Part shown: one piece after another, positions 31,461 to 41,638 of the stretch
Position numbering within the stretch: the stretch's first letter is position 1
How the letters are laid out: the number at the start of each line of letters is the position of its first letter
From: Caecitellus pseudoparvulus
Taxonomy: Eukaryota > Protista > Bigyra: Bicosoecida
Assembly (NCBI GenBank): GCA_965644315.1
Contig: CBFFRQ010000039.1
Span: forward strand, 62,001-126,000
DNA length: 64,000 nucleotides
Direction: 5' to 3'
Notes under the pieces: generated by a model
The model's database searches: none
The model's input: the letters and a program-made list of their open reading frames with translations, nothing else
Told to the model about the DNA's origin: nothing
Made by a program: the position numbers and the translations under genes

Positions 31461-33953
31461 TCATGACGTGGCCTGCTTGTGGCGGGGCAGGGGGTAGCCC
31501 CCCCATGCCAGTGGTCGCTGCGAGGCGGCTGCGCTGTCACAGGCCTCCTTGGTCTCCTGCTGCACGCCACGCAGCACGGCGGCTTGACGTGGAATGACCA
31601 CTCGGCTGCCGCCTGTCGTGAGCAAACTGCGCTTGGAGGCCAGGCGGTCCGCCCTCACGCGGCGCTCAGCTGCTGCCCAGTCAAACGCCTCTGTCTGCAG
31701 TGCTTGGATGCGGGCGTCCAGAGCGTGGAGGGAGTGCAGTGTGGGCACTGCCAGCGGGTGTGGTGCAGTGTTCCCTGCTGTGGAGGTGAGCGGGCCCACC
31801 AGCTCCACTGCCGCAGGCACGTCAGGGGAGCCGCCCGCAGTCACATGGGACGGGTGCTGCCCTAGCCTGCGCTGCGCCTGTGCGATGCCCTGCAGGTCCT
31901 GCCGCCTCTCCGACGGGCACCGCAGGCGCCTGCCTTGGCCAGGTGGTGAGGCGCTGGGCTTGGCCAACACGCCTTCCTTGCGAAGGCAAGCCAAGTGCCG
32001 GCGCGCAGCGGCCGCGGCACCCTTGGCCCTGCTCTGCTGGATGCAGTGACCAGCAGGCGCCAGCTCAGGCTTGCCAGACTTCGGCGCAGCAGTCTCCGCC
32101 TCGGTTCGCTCTTGGTGCGGCGCTGGCGGGTGTGGGGCTTCGGTGGGTGCCGGCGCACGGCGGGAGAGGGGGTGTGGCGTGGGGATGGGGACAGCAGGGC
32201 TCGGCGCCTCCTCACCATCGTCATCTCCAGCCTGCTCCGCGGCACAGGTGCCCTCGTCTGCCTTGGACTCCAGAGCCGACCCCTGGCCATTCGCGGCAGC
32301 CGGCACCAATGCATCCTCAGCATCTGACGTTTGGGTGGAGCCTGCAAGGATCTGAGTGTCAGGCTCCGCCACAGGCTCAGAGCTACAGTCCTTGGCTGTC
32401 TGTATCTCTGCGCTATGCAGTGGCCGCACCGCTGGTGCTTGTTCGGGCAGCTTGGGCGGTACAGCTGGCTGTGTCTCCGCTCGTGCTGAGGCTTCTGTGG
32501 CGTCATGCGCGACAGAAGTGAGCGCGCCACGACGCCCAATGCACGTGAGGACGCCTGCATGCCCCACAACGCAGTGAATGCCCCCTTGCAGGCTCGGCAC
32601 TTGCGCCCCACGCAGCATGCGCCAGGCACAGTCAGCGGGCGACGCCCCCTTACCCTGCCGCAGGACGTGGAGGAGGGAGGTGGCCGCATCCATGCCCACA
32701 CGCAGCACAGAGGCGGCCAGCGTGAAGCCGGGAAAGGCCTGCTTTGCAATGTCCAGGGCAGGGGCTGAGGGGGATGAGCCCGGTGCTGACGTGGCCAGCT
32801 GCTGCACCGCAATGGGCGTCGCTGGCTGCGGTCCGGCGGCCAGCAGAGAGCGGGTGGCCGGGCACCAGAGGCTGACAGCGCCCGTGTCCATGCCCACCAG
32901 CAGAGGGCTGATGCCCCCTCCAGCCGCCTGCAGGGCAGTCATGGCCGTCACCTCGCCGGCTGGCAGGGGCAGGTTGCCCGAGGTTTCCACGCGCGCCTGC
33001 TGCTGCGATCCAGGGAACTCCGATAACCACGCGATAGGGCGCGCATCAGCAGAGTCCTCAGCCTTGGTGGTGACAGACAACACAGCCACCGTGCTGCTGT
33101 GCTCGCCGCCTGGCTGGCAGAGGGCCGCGAAGCACGCCTGCCCGTCCGCCTCGCCACACGGCACGAGCTGGCGCACGCCAGGCAGAGGCAGCTGCCCGAC
33201 TTCCAGCAGGGTGGGAGACATGTGGTGTCCCTGGCGGAGCCGACTGGGGCCTGGGGCACTGCACAGCACTTGGAAGGCTGTGACGGTGCCGGCGTCAGAG
33301 GCTGCCAGCAGGCACGCGCCGCTGGCGCTGGATGCGGTGGCCACGACGCTCTGGCCAGCCGGCAGCTGAGCAAGCGGCATCACTTGGGCTGCGTGCCCCC
33401 ACCGGATGTCTGCTCCAGCCTGGTGCACAGTGCCTCCCACGGGTGCCACGGCAGCTGACCCGACGCTGGCGCTGTTGGCTGGCCGAGTCCAGGCGTGTGC
33501 GAGGCTGGGAGCCTCGGCAGCGTCCCACACACGCCTTGCAGCAACAGACAGGGGTGCGGGAGCGGAGGATGGCAAGGGATGCATGCAGTGCATGAGATCG
33601 GACACCTTGACGCTTGCGAGGGACCCGCTGCCTCGCTGGGCAAGGACGACATGCCCAGCGTTTCGCAGGACACTCACTGCCCGCAACGGCAGCGGGGACG
33701 GCCGGCCTGGAATCGTCTGCAGCTGAAAGCTTGCGCGCACGCTCAGCGCATGGTCAGGCGTCTGGTCATACAAGCTGCAGATTGCGGGAGGCAGGGTGTG
33801 TGGACTTTTCGCAGCCATGAGTAAGCGCCAGGAATCGTACATGATGCCTCCGCTGCGCGTAACGCCAACGCTGGTCTCTGCATCAATGCAGTCAACAGCA
33901 GCGGGCGCGATGCACCTCGCTGCGTCGGACAGCATGCATCTGCAGCCTTCCAT
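31461..33953 (-). CDS. Hypothetical protein with divergent WD40-like repeats and disordered C-terminus; true 5' end probably further upstream (up to ~34377)
   Basis: 830-aa ORF with WD-like strands (LLAASDAGTVTAFQV; LLVGMDTGAVSLW) and host-like codon usage. 5' exon structure not resolved. Confidence 0.55.
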   Translation of the reverse strand: MEGCRCMLSDAARCIAPAAVDCIDAETSVGVTRSGGIMYDSWRLLMAAKSPHTLPPAICSLYDQTPDHALSVRASFQLQTIPGRPSPLPLRAVSVLRNAGHVVLAQRGSGSLASVKVSDLMHCMHPLPSSAPAPLSVAARRVWDAAEAPSLAHAWTRPANSASVGSAAVAPVGGTVHQAGADIRWGHAAQVMPLAQLPAGQSVVATASSASGACLLAASDAGTVTAFQVLCSAPGPSRLRQGHHMSPTLLEVGQLPLPGVRQLVPCGEADGQACFAALCQPGGEHSSTVAVLSVTTKAEDSADARPIAWLSEFPGSQQQARVETSGNLPLPAGEVTAMTALQAAGGGISPLLVGMDTGAVSLWCPATRSLLAAGPQPATPIAVQQLATSAPGSSPSAPALDIAKQAFPGFTLAASVLRVGMDAATSLLHVLRQGKGASPADCAWRMLRGAQVPSLQGGIHCVVGHAGVLTCIGRRGALTSVAHDATEASARAETQPAVPPKLPEQAPAVRPLHSAEIQTAKDCSSEPVAEPDTQILAGSTQTSDAEDALVPAAANGQGSALESKADEGTCAAEQAGDDDGEEAPSPAVPIPTPHPLSRRAPAPTEAPHPPAPHQERTEAETAAPKSGKPELAPAGHCIQQSRAKGAAAAARRHLACLRKEGVLAKPSASPPGQGRRLRCPSERRQDLQGIAQAQRRLGQHPSHVTAGGSPDVPAAVELVGPLTSTAGNTAPHPLAVPTLHSLHALDARIQALQTEAFDWAAAERRVRADRLASKRSLLTTGGSRVVIPRQAAVLRGVQQETKEACDSAAASQRPLAWGGYPLPRHKQATS

Positions 33954-34610
33954 TGTTCACAAATTGCAGGGTGCCCGAGCGCGGAGCTGAGTGTGAACCT
34001 CCGCTTGTGTTTCGAGGCACGCTGGTGTTGGCAGCCTGGCTGCCCAAAGGAGGGGCATGCGGCGCACTTGGGTCAAAAGAGTGCTTCAGAGGGCTCTCCC
34101 GGGCGCGATGGAGTTGGTTTGAAATGTTCAATTTGCACGCTTGGACCAGTGCTCGTTGCCTTGCGCCCCAAACACAACCTGAGCACGACAACGTGCAGCG
34201 GTACAGTTCAGCTGCAACTTTTCGCAGCTGGCACGGGAAATTTGAGGGCCAGGCCCGGGTACAGCGAATGCTGCACCTGGTGCAGCACACCCCCTGCCCG
34301 CTCTCTGCGCGGTGGCCGGATGCTGCACATGTCGACCCTGAGTGAGCCACGCTGCAGGCGCGACGACCCCCCTCCATCGAAGCGGTACGGACACCATCCC
34401 CAGCCGACCAATCCCCACCAACCTACTCACTCTCCACAGCTGACATTTACCCCCCCGCAGCTTGCTCCGAGTGAAGCTGCGCAAGAGCGCGCGGGAGTTC
34501 GGCGTGTCGCAGCGGCACTCCAAAGCCCGCTCGGGCCAGCAGCAGCTGCAAGGGCACCACAGCCCGTGCTTGCGCGAGCACCCTCTGCATCGCGGCGGAA
34601 GACAGGAAGC

Positions 34611-37600
34611 ATGGCAGGGACTGGGCGAAGCCGGCAGGAGATGCTGGATGACTTGACGGTGCGTGGCGTGCAGGCGGCGCAACCTGCAGTGCAAGGGTGC
34701 ACGCGACATTTCCCACGACAGCGGCCGGGGTGGGTTGCTCTCGCGCTGCACGGACGCACATGCTGCACTCGCCGCCCTTGCGTGACAGGCATCGGAAGTC
34801 AAGTTCGTCCGGACGCTGCGCCTGGTGTGCAACGTGTTCATGGAGCCGCTGAAGACCCAGCAGGCTGTGTCCCAGCCTGAGCTGCACCTCATCTTCAGGA
34901 CCTGGCACAGCATCCGTGACACGCACGTGGAGATGCAGAGCACCTTCACCACGGCAAGTGGCGAAGACAAGGTGAACGAAGCGCTGTCCATGGTGGCTGG
35001 GGAGCTCGTTCGGTGCGTGTGCCCCGCGCAGGCGGCCTGGGCACGGCGCGGCACAGTGCAGTGCACTTCCCCTTGCACCCCTTGCACCTGTTCACAGCAT
35101 GTCGCGCCGTATGGGCGACGACTACCTCGCATACTGCAAAGGGCACGAGTTGGCCATGATGACGCTGCGGTCTGCCCTGGAACGGCCATCTTTCAAGGCG
35201 GCCGTGCAGGCAGCGGAGGCTGACGAGCGTGTGGGTGGGCTGTCTCTGGCCACGCTGCTGCAGGCGCCCATCGCGCGCCTGGCCGTGTACCGCGCCCACT
35301 TGGACGAGATGGTGTCTGCGACCCAGGCCGGCACTGGCCCCTACGCCACCCTCCTGGACGCCAGGGACAACATCGGAGCCATCATCGACGCGGCAGGGGG
35401 CATTCCAGCCCGCATCCGCGCCGCACTGGCCTCTGGCGGCGCCGCCACGGCACTGCCGGGCTCCCCAGCGGGTGCTCGCCCCGCGGCTGGTGCAGTGGGG
35501 AGCGAGGGCGCCACACCACCGCATGCACCTGCTTCGGGCGCTCTCGGCTCCTCGGCACGCCCCGCTGCCTCTGGTGTGCCGGCTCACGTCACGACAGAGG
35601 ACGTTCGCTCAGCCCAAGCGGAAGTGCTGTCCCTGGAGGGCGTCGCGAAGGAGCTGGAGGCCACTGTCGCGGAGCACGACCGGCAGCTGGCCGCGGCTCA
35701 GGCGGCTGCCGCCAGCGCCGAGGGCGCCACCCACGCCGCCAACGCCGCCTGGACAGGGCAGGCCAAGGCGAAGGAAGGGCCTTCCACGGCCCTGGTGCCG
35801 GGCACCGCCCCTCCCACGGAGACGTCGGATGAGACAGCCCTGCAGGAGGCTCTGGGGCGCCTGGACGACGAGGAGCGTCAGCTGTACGACCGCCTGGCTG
35901 CCAGCGGCAATCGGGGCGTGTTCGAGGCGTTCCTGTCCCGCAAGCGAGAGCTGGACGACGAGGAGGAGCGGTTGACGGCTGCGCTGGAAGAGCACGAGCA
36001 GGTGCTGGCTGAGATCCGGGGGCGCCTGGCCAACCCACCGCCTGCCGTGCTGCCCGCCGACGCCACACGCGCATCCCTGTACACGGCTTGGAAGCGGGCG
36101 CTGGCAGACAGGGAGGAGCTGCTGCGCCAGGCCCGTGCCCGGAAGCGGGAGCTGATGCGCGACCTGAAGGCACGGCACGAGACGCAGATTGTGCTGCTGG
36201 AGATGGAGCGGCGGGCATCCCTGGACAGCCTGCGCGCGGCGGTGAGCTCCGAGAAGGCCAAGGCAGAGGAGCTGCGGGCGGAGCTGGAGACGCTGAACAC
36301 CAGCATCACCACTGCGCGGGACGCCATGTCTGAGTTCCGCAAGGAGTTCGAGCAGCTGCGCGTGGCCCTGCTCATCGACCGCATGGCCAAGAGCAGCCAG
36401 GTGGCGAACTTGGCGGAGCGCCGGCGCCGCCTGCTGACTGAGGCAGAGGCGTTCCGGGAGGAGGTGGAGGAGGCCAAGGCGCGGGTGGTGGAGGAGGAGA
36501 CTGCCAAGTGGGACGCCAAGCTCAAGGCGGAGAAGGAGGCGTCGGACAAGCGCGTGGCGGACGAGAAGGCTGCCATCGACGCCCGCCTGACGGCCGTGCG
36601 CACGGCCCTGGCGGAGAAGTACGAAGCAGGCTTCGCGCCGCTGCTGGAGGAGGCGGAGGCGAAGCACGCCGCTGAGCTGCAGCGCGTCGTGGACCTGCAG
36701 CGGGAGCTGGCCGAGAAGGAGAAGGCGCTGAAAGATGCCCACGCGGAAGCCCGCAGCATGTCCTCCAAGCTGTCTGCAGAGATGCGTGCGTCCCTGGGCC
36801 TGGACCAGCCGTGGGACGCAGACCTGCCCAGCCTGGGCGGCACGCCAGGCAGCAGCGGCGCCGACGCGGCGACTGGCGGGAAGGAGGGGGAGGTGCCCTC
36901 TGCCGTGCCTGCCGCGACGCTGAAGGAGTTCCAGGAGCTGAAGCACGCCGTGACGAGCATGTGGGAGACGATGGACATCGCCCCCGAAGACGTGACGGCG
37001 TTCCTGTCCGAGGCGGACCTCGCCGCGCCGTACCACCCTGCCGTCCTGGACCTGTACCGGGAGATGCACCGCAAGCTGACGGAGACGCTGGAGCCGCCCA
37101 CGGAGACGGGGCATGTGGCTGACTCTCCCCTGGCCACAGGCCAGCGGGGCTCTGGGGCCCTCCTCACTGACGGTGTCTCCGGGGAGGAGAGCCGTGTGCG
37201 GGCAGCAGGCATGGGCCCAGAGACGTGGGCGGAGCACCCCCGGTCAGCCCGTGGCGCGCCCGTCCCCTCCCCTGCCGCACCCTTCCCTTCCTCCCGCCCC
37301 ATGCCAGGCTCAGCTATGGGCCGGCAGCCGCCTGCCGCTGGCGCGTCCGCCGCCACGCAGCGCTCGCCAGGCTCCACTGGTGGCAGCGTGCGCAGCCGAG
37401 GGCAGGGGGGCGCCGCCGCCTCCACCGGGCGCCGGGGATCTCCCGCATCCGCCGGACCTCGCTCTCCCGGCTCTGCCTTGAGCGGGGACATGCAGCAGCA
37501 CTACAACAAGGAAATCACCCGACGCGCCTTTGCCAACCTGCCACCCTCCATCGGCGGCGCAGGTTCCCGGCGCCAGCAGCCGGTGCCGGCAGGCTACTCC

Positions 37601-37654
37601 TCTGCCCGCCGCGACAGCCAGCCTGGCCTGCCTGGCCGACTGAACTGGGGCTGA
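34611..37654 (+). CDS. Divergent Dbl-homology (RhoGEF-like) domain + long coiled-coil protein; 2 introns
   Basis: Introns 34659-34788 and 35013-35097 give ...LDDLTASEVKFVRTLRLVCNVFMEPL...IFRTWHSIRDTH...YLAYCKGH...LSLATLLQAPIARLAVY, the DH CR1-CR3 pattern. About 350 aa of E/K/A/R heptad coiled coil follow. No PH domain. Confidence 0.75.
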
Positions 37655-37723
37655 TGCGCCCTCTCTCTGAGCCAAGGCAATGCATTTGGCAGACCCCCCG
37701 GCAGAGCGCACACGCGCCCCCCC

Positions 37724-40700
37724 TCACTCCGTCGGGGGGGCTTCATCCTGGGTGCCTCCCAGCACTCGTGGTCCAGCCTGGGACACCAGCCGCAGGCACG
37801 CGATGCCGTACGCCCAGTACCGCGTGCTACTCTGTGCTGCTCCGCCACTGAGGAAGGCTGCCTTGGCTGTGGCCACCTCAGTAGCGTACTTCTCACAGTG
37901 CTCCGGGCCCCGACTGCAGTGGAACGCCCAGGCCAGCACAGCTGACGCCCGCACACAGCGCTCGTAGGTGACTTGCGCCAAGTACTCGTCTCCGAAGCCC
38001 GGCTGCCACCAGGCCTTTGCCAGGTTGCTCGGCCCAGGCGGTGGTGCGGCAGCGCTGGCGGAGGGGGTGTCCTTGCCACGGCGAGGGCGCTTGGCAGCGG
38101 GTGCCGGCGGCGGCGGCGCAGCGACGAGGGCAGGCAGGGTGGGCCCATGCTTCCCAGAGTGACCTGGTCCCTCCCCCTGCAGGCACTGCTCAGCCAGCAG
38201 CAGCACTGGATCGTCTGCCTCTGGCGAAGGGCCAACGACATCCACGGCACCCTCCTCATCACCTCCTTGCAGTGCGAAGGCAGCGTCGTACTGAGCTGCG
38301 TGGGCCGGGGCACTGACACGACCGGAGGCTGGGTACGTGCTGCCGACGCCGCGTGGGGTGGGGCCCTGCACGCGCCAGAAGCTGGGCTGGGCGTGTGGCA
38401 GCGACGCCGCCAACACATGAGGGTCCCCTGCCCGGCTCACGTCGGGGACGGCAGCACACCTCGCACTGCCTGCTTCCTGGTCCACACTGGCCCGGAGCAC
38501 GGCAGACATGACAGGCGCAATGCGCTCCAGTCCCCACCGCGCAGTGAGGCGGTAGAAGAGGTCCTTCGTCACATCCAGCGAGCAGGGCGTGGTGGGCAGG
38601 GGCGGCAGCGTGGTGGTGGAGGTTCTGGCGGAGGCGGCTGTCGCTGACGCCACCTCCGCTGCACTGGGCCAGGTGGGCGGGTACTCCTTGGTGTCACTGG
38701 GGGCGGGCGTCGGCCACGCCAAGCCTGGCGCAGGCGCTGCCCCCCGGGGGCGTTTTTTGCGCCTGGCAGGCGCGGCTGAGGGGCTGGCAGTGTGAGCGGG
38801 GGCCGCTGTGGGAGTCAACGACGCTGACGCTGGCGCTGCAGTCGCGGCAGTGGGGATGGCGGGAGGGGCTTCCACTGCAGGGGAGGGCTTTGGGGAGGAT
38901 CGGGGGGCCGGCGCGCGTCGTGGGCGGGTGGGCAGGGCCTTGGGCATGCTCGTGGCGCCCTGCATGATGGAGGCCCGCGGGATGAAGCTCTCCATGCCAG
39001 GCAGGATGACGGCGTAGAACTGGGGCAGGACGTGGATGGGGCTGGGCGGCACGACGGCGACGCCTTCCGCCACCACGGCCTGCCACCTGGCCAGGCGGAA
39101 GCCGATGTTAGACGCCACCACCTGCAGTGCGTCATCTGAGATGAGCTCTGGCGGCACCGTGGACAGGCCTTGTTGAAACAGCACAGTCAAGGAGGGCGCG
39201 GTGGTGATGAAGGCGGCGGGCTCTGTGCCATCGGCGCCGACGCGGGGGTCGGCAGTGCCCTTCTCAACTTGGTCCCGCAGCGCCTTGCGGCTGTTCTTGA
39301 GCTTGGTGCGCATGCACTCTGCTGAGGCGATGCTGCGGGTGCGCAGCAGGTCAGACGCCCGCGTCATGATGTACTGGCGGTACCGCAGCGACCAGTACGC
39401 CGGTGCGTGCCGCCGGATGGCGAAGACGATGAACTCCTCCTCCAGGCAGAAGGCACAGCCCTTGACGCGCTTGCTGAGGTGGGCAAAGTCGATGCCGCCG
39501 TACACGTGCTTGCCGGTCTTGGCAAAGGCGCCAGCAGGTTCCGTGACGCTCTTCACTAGCGTCTCCCGGCCCTGCACGTCCCCCAGAGGCACGCCTGCAA
39601 TGAGCTGCGGCGACAGCACATCAATGAGTGCCGGGTGCGTTGGCTCAGTCATGGCTGCCAGCTGCTCAGCACTGCCCAGCGCGTCGAAGGCGGCGTGGGT
39701 CAGGACGCCCGGCAGCGCAGCCACCAGCTCGGGCAGGGCCTCCTCAGTGATAGGGAGGGCAGGCAGGGACATATGCAGGGGCGCACCGGCCTCCTCCATG
39801 ATTCCCCGCGCCACCATGGCGTAGTACTGCTCGATGCGGGGGTCGGGCAGGGTGTCGGGCGCAGCCCCCGCCTCCTCGGCGCTGCCGCCGTCGGAGGACT
39901 TGGAGGGCGTGGGCGGCGGCGATGCGACGGCACGAGCGAGGGCGTCAATGTCAGACCTCCACGCCTTCATGGCCAAGGTCTGGGCTGGCGTGGGCGGCAC
40001 GCCCTTCTTGGACTTCTTCTTGCTCTTGCGGGGGGCGGGCACGGCGCCGTACTCCGCGTCGTCAGGTGCTGCCCACGCAGCGCCAGCTGGAGTGGACCCA
40101 GCGGCAGCCGTGGGGCTGTCAGGCGCAGGCATCATGGTGGTGGCCACTGGCACCCGGCGCTTGTCAGCGTTGTCCAGGAGGAGAGGCGCCGTGCCCGGCA
40201 CGAGAGCGAGGCTGCTGAGGCCGTCCAGGCGTTTCCAGCGCCTGTGCACGGCCTCGCTTTCGGGCGCCTGGTGCAGGGCTTTGGCCAGCACCTTCAGCGG
40301 CTCTTCCTTTGCTGTGCAGTACTCGCAGAACCAGTAGCCCTCGTCAGGCAGCTTGGAGATGCCGGAGTGGCAGGACTGGTGCGTGGCGTTGCCGCACCCG
40401 GCGCTCTGCCCATCCCCGCACACCACCAGCTCGTTCCCCTCGTCCCAAGTAGCACAGCCACACACTTGGCAGTATTCCTGTCCGGGCGCCTGACTGCTCA
40501 CGAGGCTCTTGCGCATTTTGCCCTCCCAAATGCGCTTCGCCATTTTGGCCATGGTCACAGCGTCATCGTGCACGGGGTTGCCGGGCGGGTTGTACAGGCA
40601 CGCGTTCATCCAGACGCTGTTCAGCTCTTCCAGGAAATCTGCCGCAGTCCTGTGGGGGCGCGGTGGGCTCGCGTGGTGCCGTGCGTGCGCGTGAGGGCGG

Positions 40701-41419
40701 GTGAGGATGAGGGGTTGGCGGCGCGCACTTGTACTGGACCTGGAAGTGGATGCGGCTGGTGTTGTAGGCCAAGCTGAGCTTCTTGCGAATGTCATCCATG
40801 CAAATGGGCTCTGCGACGAACTGTCGGTATTCTGCAAAGGCGGCGGGGGATGCAGGGTGTGGGCATCCCGGCTGCGTCTCCCGGCTCCGCTGCACCATCC
40901 AGGCAGCACACGGCAGAGCACGCCTGGCGCAGCACACAGGGCCCGAGCGGGGCAGAAAACAGTGCCAAGAGCGGCAAGTATGCATGTTGTTTTCCAATTC
41001 ACCACATGCGGTGGCCAAGCGCGCAGGTGTGCGACGCTCCCCTGCCCTGCCCGTGGGGATGCCGGCAGCTGGCAGCCGCCGGCCCGAAACGCGGATGCTG
41101 GTGGGGAGGCGGCGGTGCTGTCCGCGGTCTCCACGCCACACGCCGCCCCTGCGCGTGCCACGGGCACACCCTGAGAACACACATCCAAACACACACCTGG
41201 GTTCTGTTCCTCATCCACGGGGCTCTCGAACCATTGCGTGCCGGGGTCTGCCTCGCCCAGCGCCTTCACCAGCTTGCGGCACAGGGTGATGTTGGTGTTC
41301 CGGGAAAACCACGCCGTGCGCTCAAGAGGGCCTGGCGTGATGAGGTGCCCCTCCAAGGCCGTTGGAGGTGCAGTGCTGCGCCACGTCGGCACTGGGTGTG
41401 GGTACGGGTGCTCAGCCAT
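37724..41419 (-). CDS. Bromodomain + PHD finger chromatin protein; 2 introns
   Basis: Spliced WFESPVDEEQNPEYRQFVAEPICMDDIRKKL...YKTAADFLEELNSVWMNACLYN (bromodomain with conserved YN). PHD: CQVC...LVVC...C...HQSC...WFCEYC. Introns at 40832-41196 and about 40650-40728. Confidence 0.85.
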   Translation of the reverse strand: MAEHPYPHPVPTWRSTAPPTALEGHLITPGPLERTAWFSRNTNITLCRKLVKALGEADPGTQWFESPVDEEQNPGVCLDVCSQGVPVARAGAACGVETADSTAASPPASAFRAGGCQLPASPRAGQGSVAHLRAWPPHVVNWKTTCILAALGTVFCPARALCAAPGVLCRVLPGWCSGAGRRSRDAHTLHPPPPLQNTDSSSQSPFAWMTFARSSAWPTTPAASTSRSSTSARRQPLILTRPHAHARHHASPPRPHRTAADFLEELNSVWMNACLYNPPGNPVHDDAVTMAKMAKRIWEGKMRKSLVSSQAPGQEYCQVCGCATWDEGNELVVCGDGQSAGCGNATHQSCHSGISKLPDEGYWFCEYCTAKEEPLKVLAKALHQAPESEAVHRRWKRLDGLSSLALVPGTAPLLLDNADKRRVPVATTMMPAPDSPTAAAGSTPAGAAWAAPDDAEYGAVPAPRKSKKKSKKGVPPTPAQTLAMKAWRSDIDALARAVASPPPTPSKSSDGGSAEEAGAAPDTLPDPRIEQYYAMVARGIMEEAGAPLHMSLPALPITEEALPELVAALPGVLTHAAFDALGSAEQLAAMTEPTHPALIDVLSPQLIAGVPLGDVQGRETLVKSVTEPAGAFAKTGKHVYGGIDFAHLSKRVKGCAFCLEEEFIVFAIRRHAPAYWSLRYRQYIMTRASDLLRTRSIASAECMRTKLKNSRKALRDQVEKGTADPRVGADGTEPAAFITTAPSLTVLFQQGLSTVPPELISDDALQVVASNIGFRLARWQAVVAEGVAVVPPSPIHVLPQFYAVILPGMESFIPRASIMQGATSMPKALPTRPRRAPAPRSSPKPSPAVEAPPAIPTAATAAPASASLTPTAAPAHTASPSAAPARRKKRPRGAAPAPGLAWPTPAPSDTKEYPPTWPSAAEVASATAASARTSTTTLPPLPTTPCSLDVTKDLFYRLTARWGLERIAPVMSAVLRASVDQEAGSARCAAVPDVSRAGDPHVLAASLPHAQPSFWRVQGPTPRGVGSTYPASGRVSAPAHAAQYDAAFALQGGDEEGAVDVVGPSPEADDPVLLLAEQCLQGEGPGHSGKHGPTLPALVAAPPPPAPAAKRPRRGKDTPSASAAAPPPGPSNLAKAWWQPGFGDEYLAQVTYERCVRASAVLAWAFHCSRGPEHCEKYATEVATAKAAFLSGGAAQSSTRYWAYGIACLRLVSQAGPRVLGGTQDEAPPTE

Positions 41420-41638
41420 GCTGACACCGCCGCCACGCCTGCGCCACGGCAGGGCGGACCTCCGATTGGGTTGTTTGGGTAAGCGGGGGCACGGCAGGGG
41501 AAGGGGGGGGGGCTCCACGACCACCCACCATCACGTGCTTGGCCGGCTGTAATTTCCATGCGCTCCGTGCTTTGCCTCGCCGCCGCGTCTGCCCTGGCCC
41601 CCGCTGGACCTCCTCGCCACGCACACACTTCCTGCACC

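Noticed and set aside
39330-39480. TFIIS-central-like helical segment in the bromodomain-PHD protein (AFCLEEEF...YRQYIMTRASDL)
   Set aside because: The resemblance is too weak to call without a profile search.
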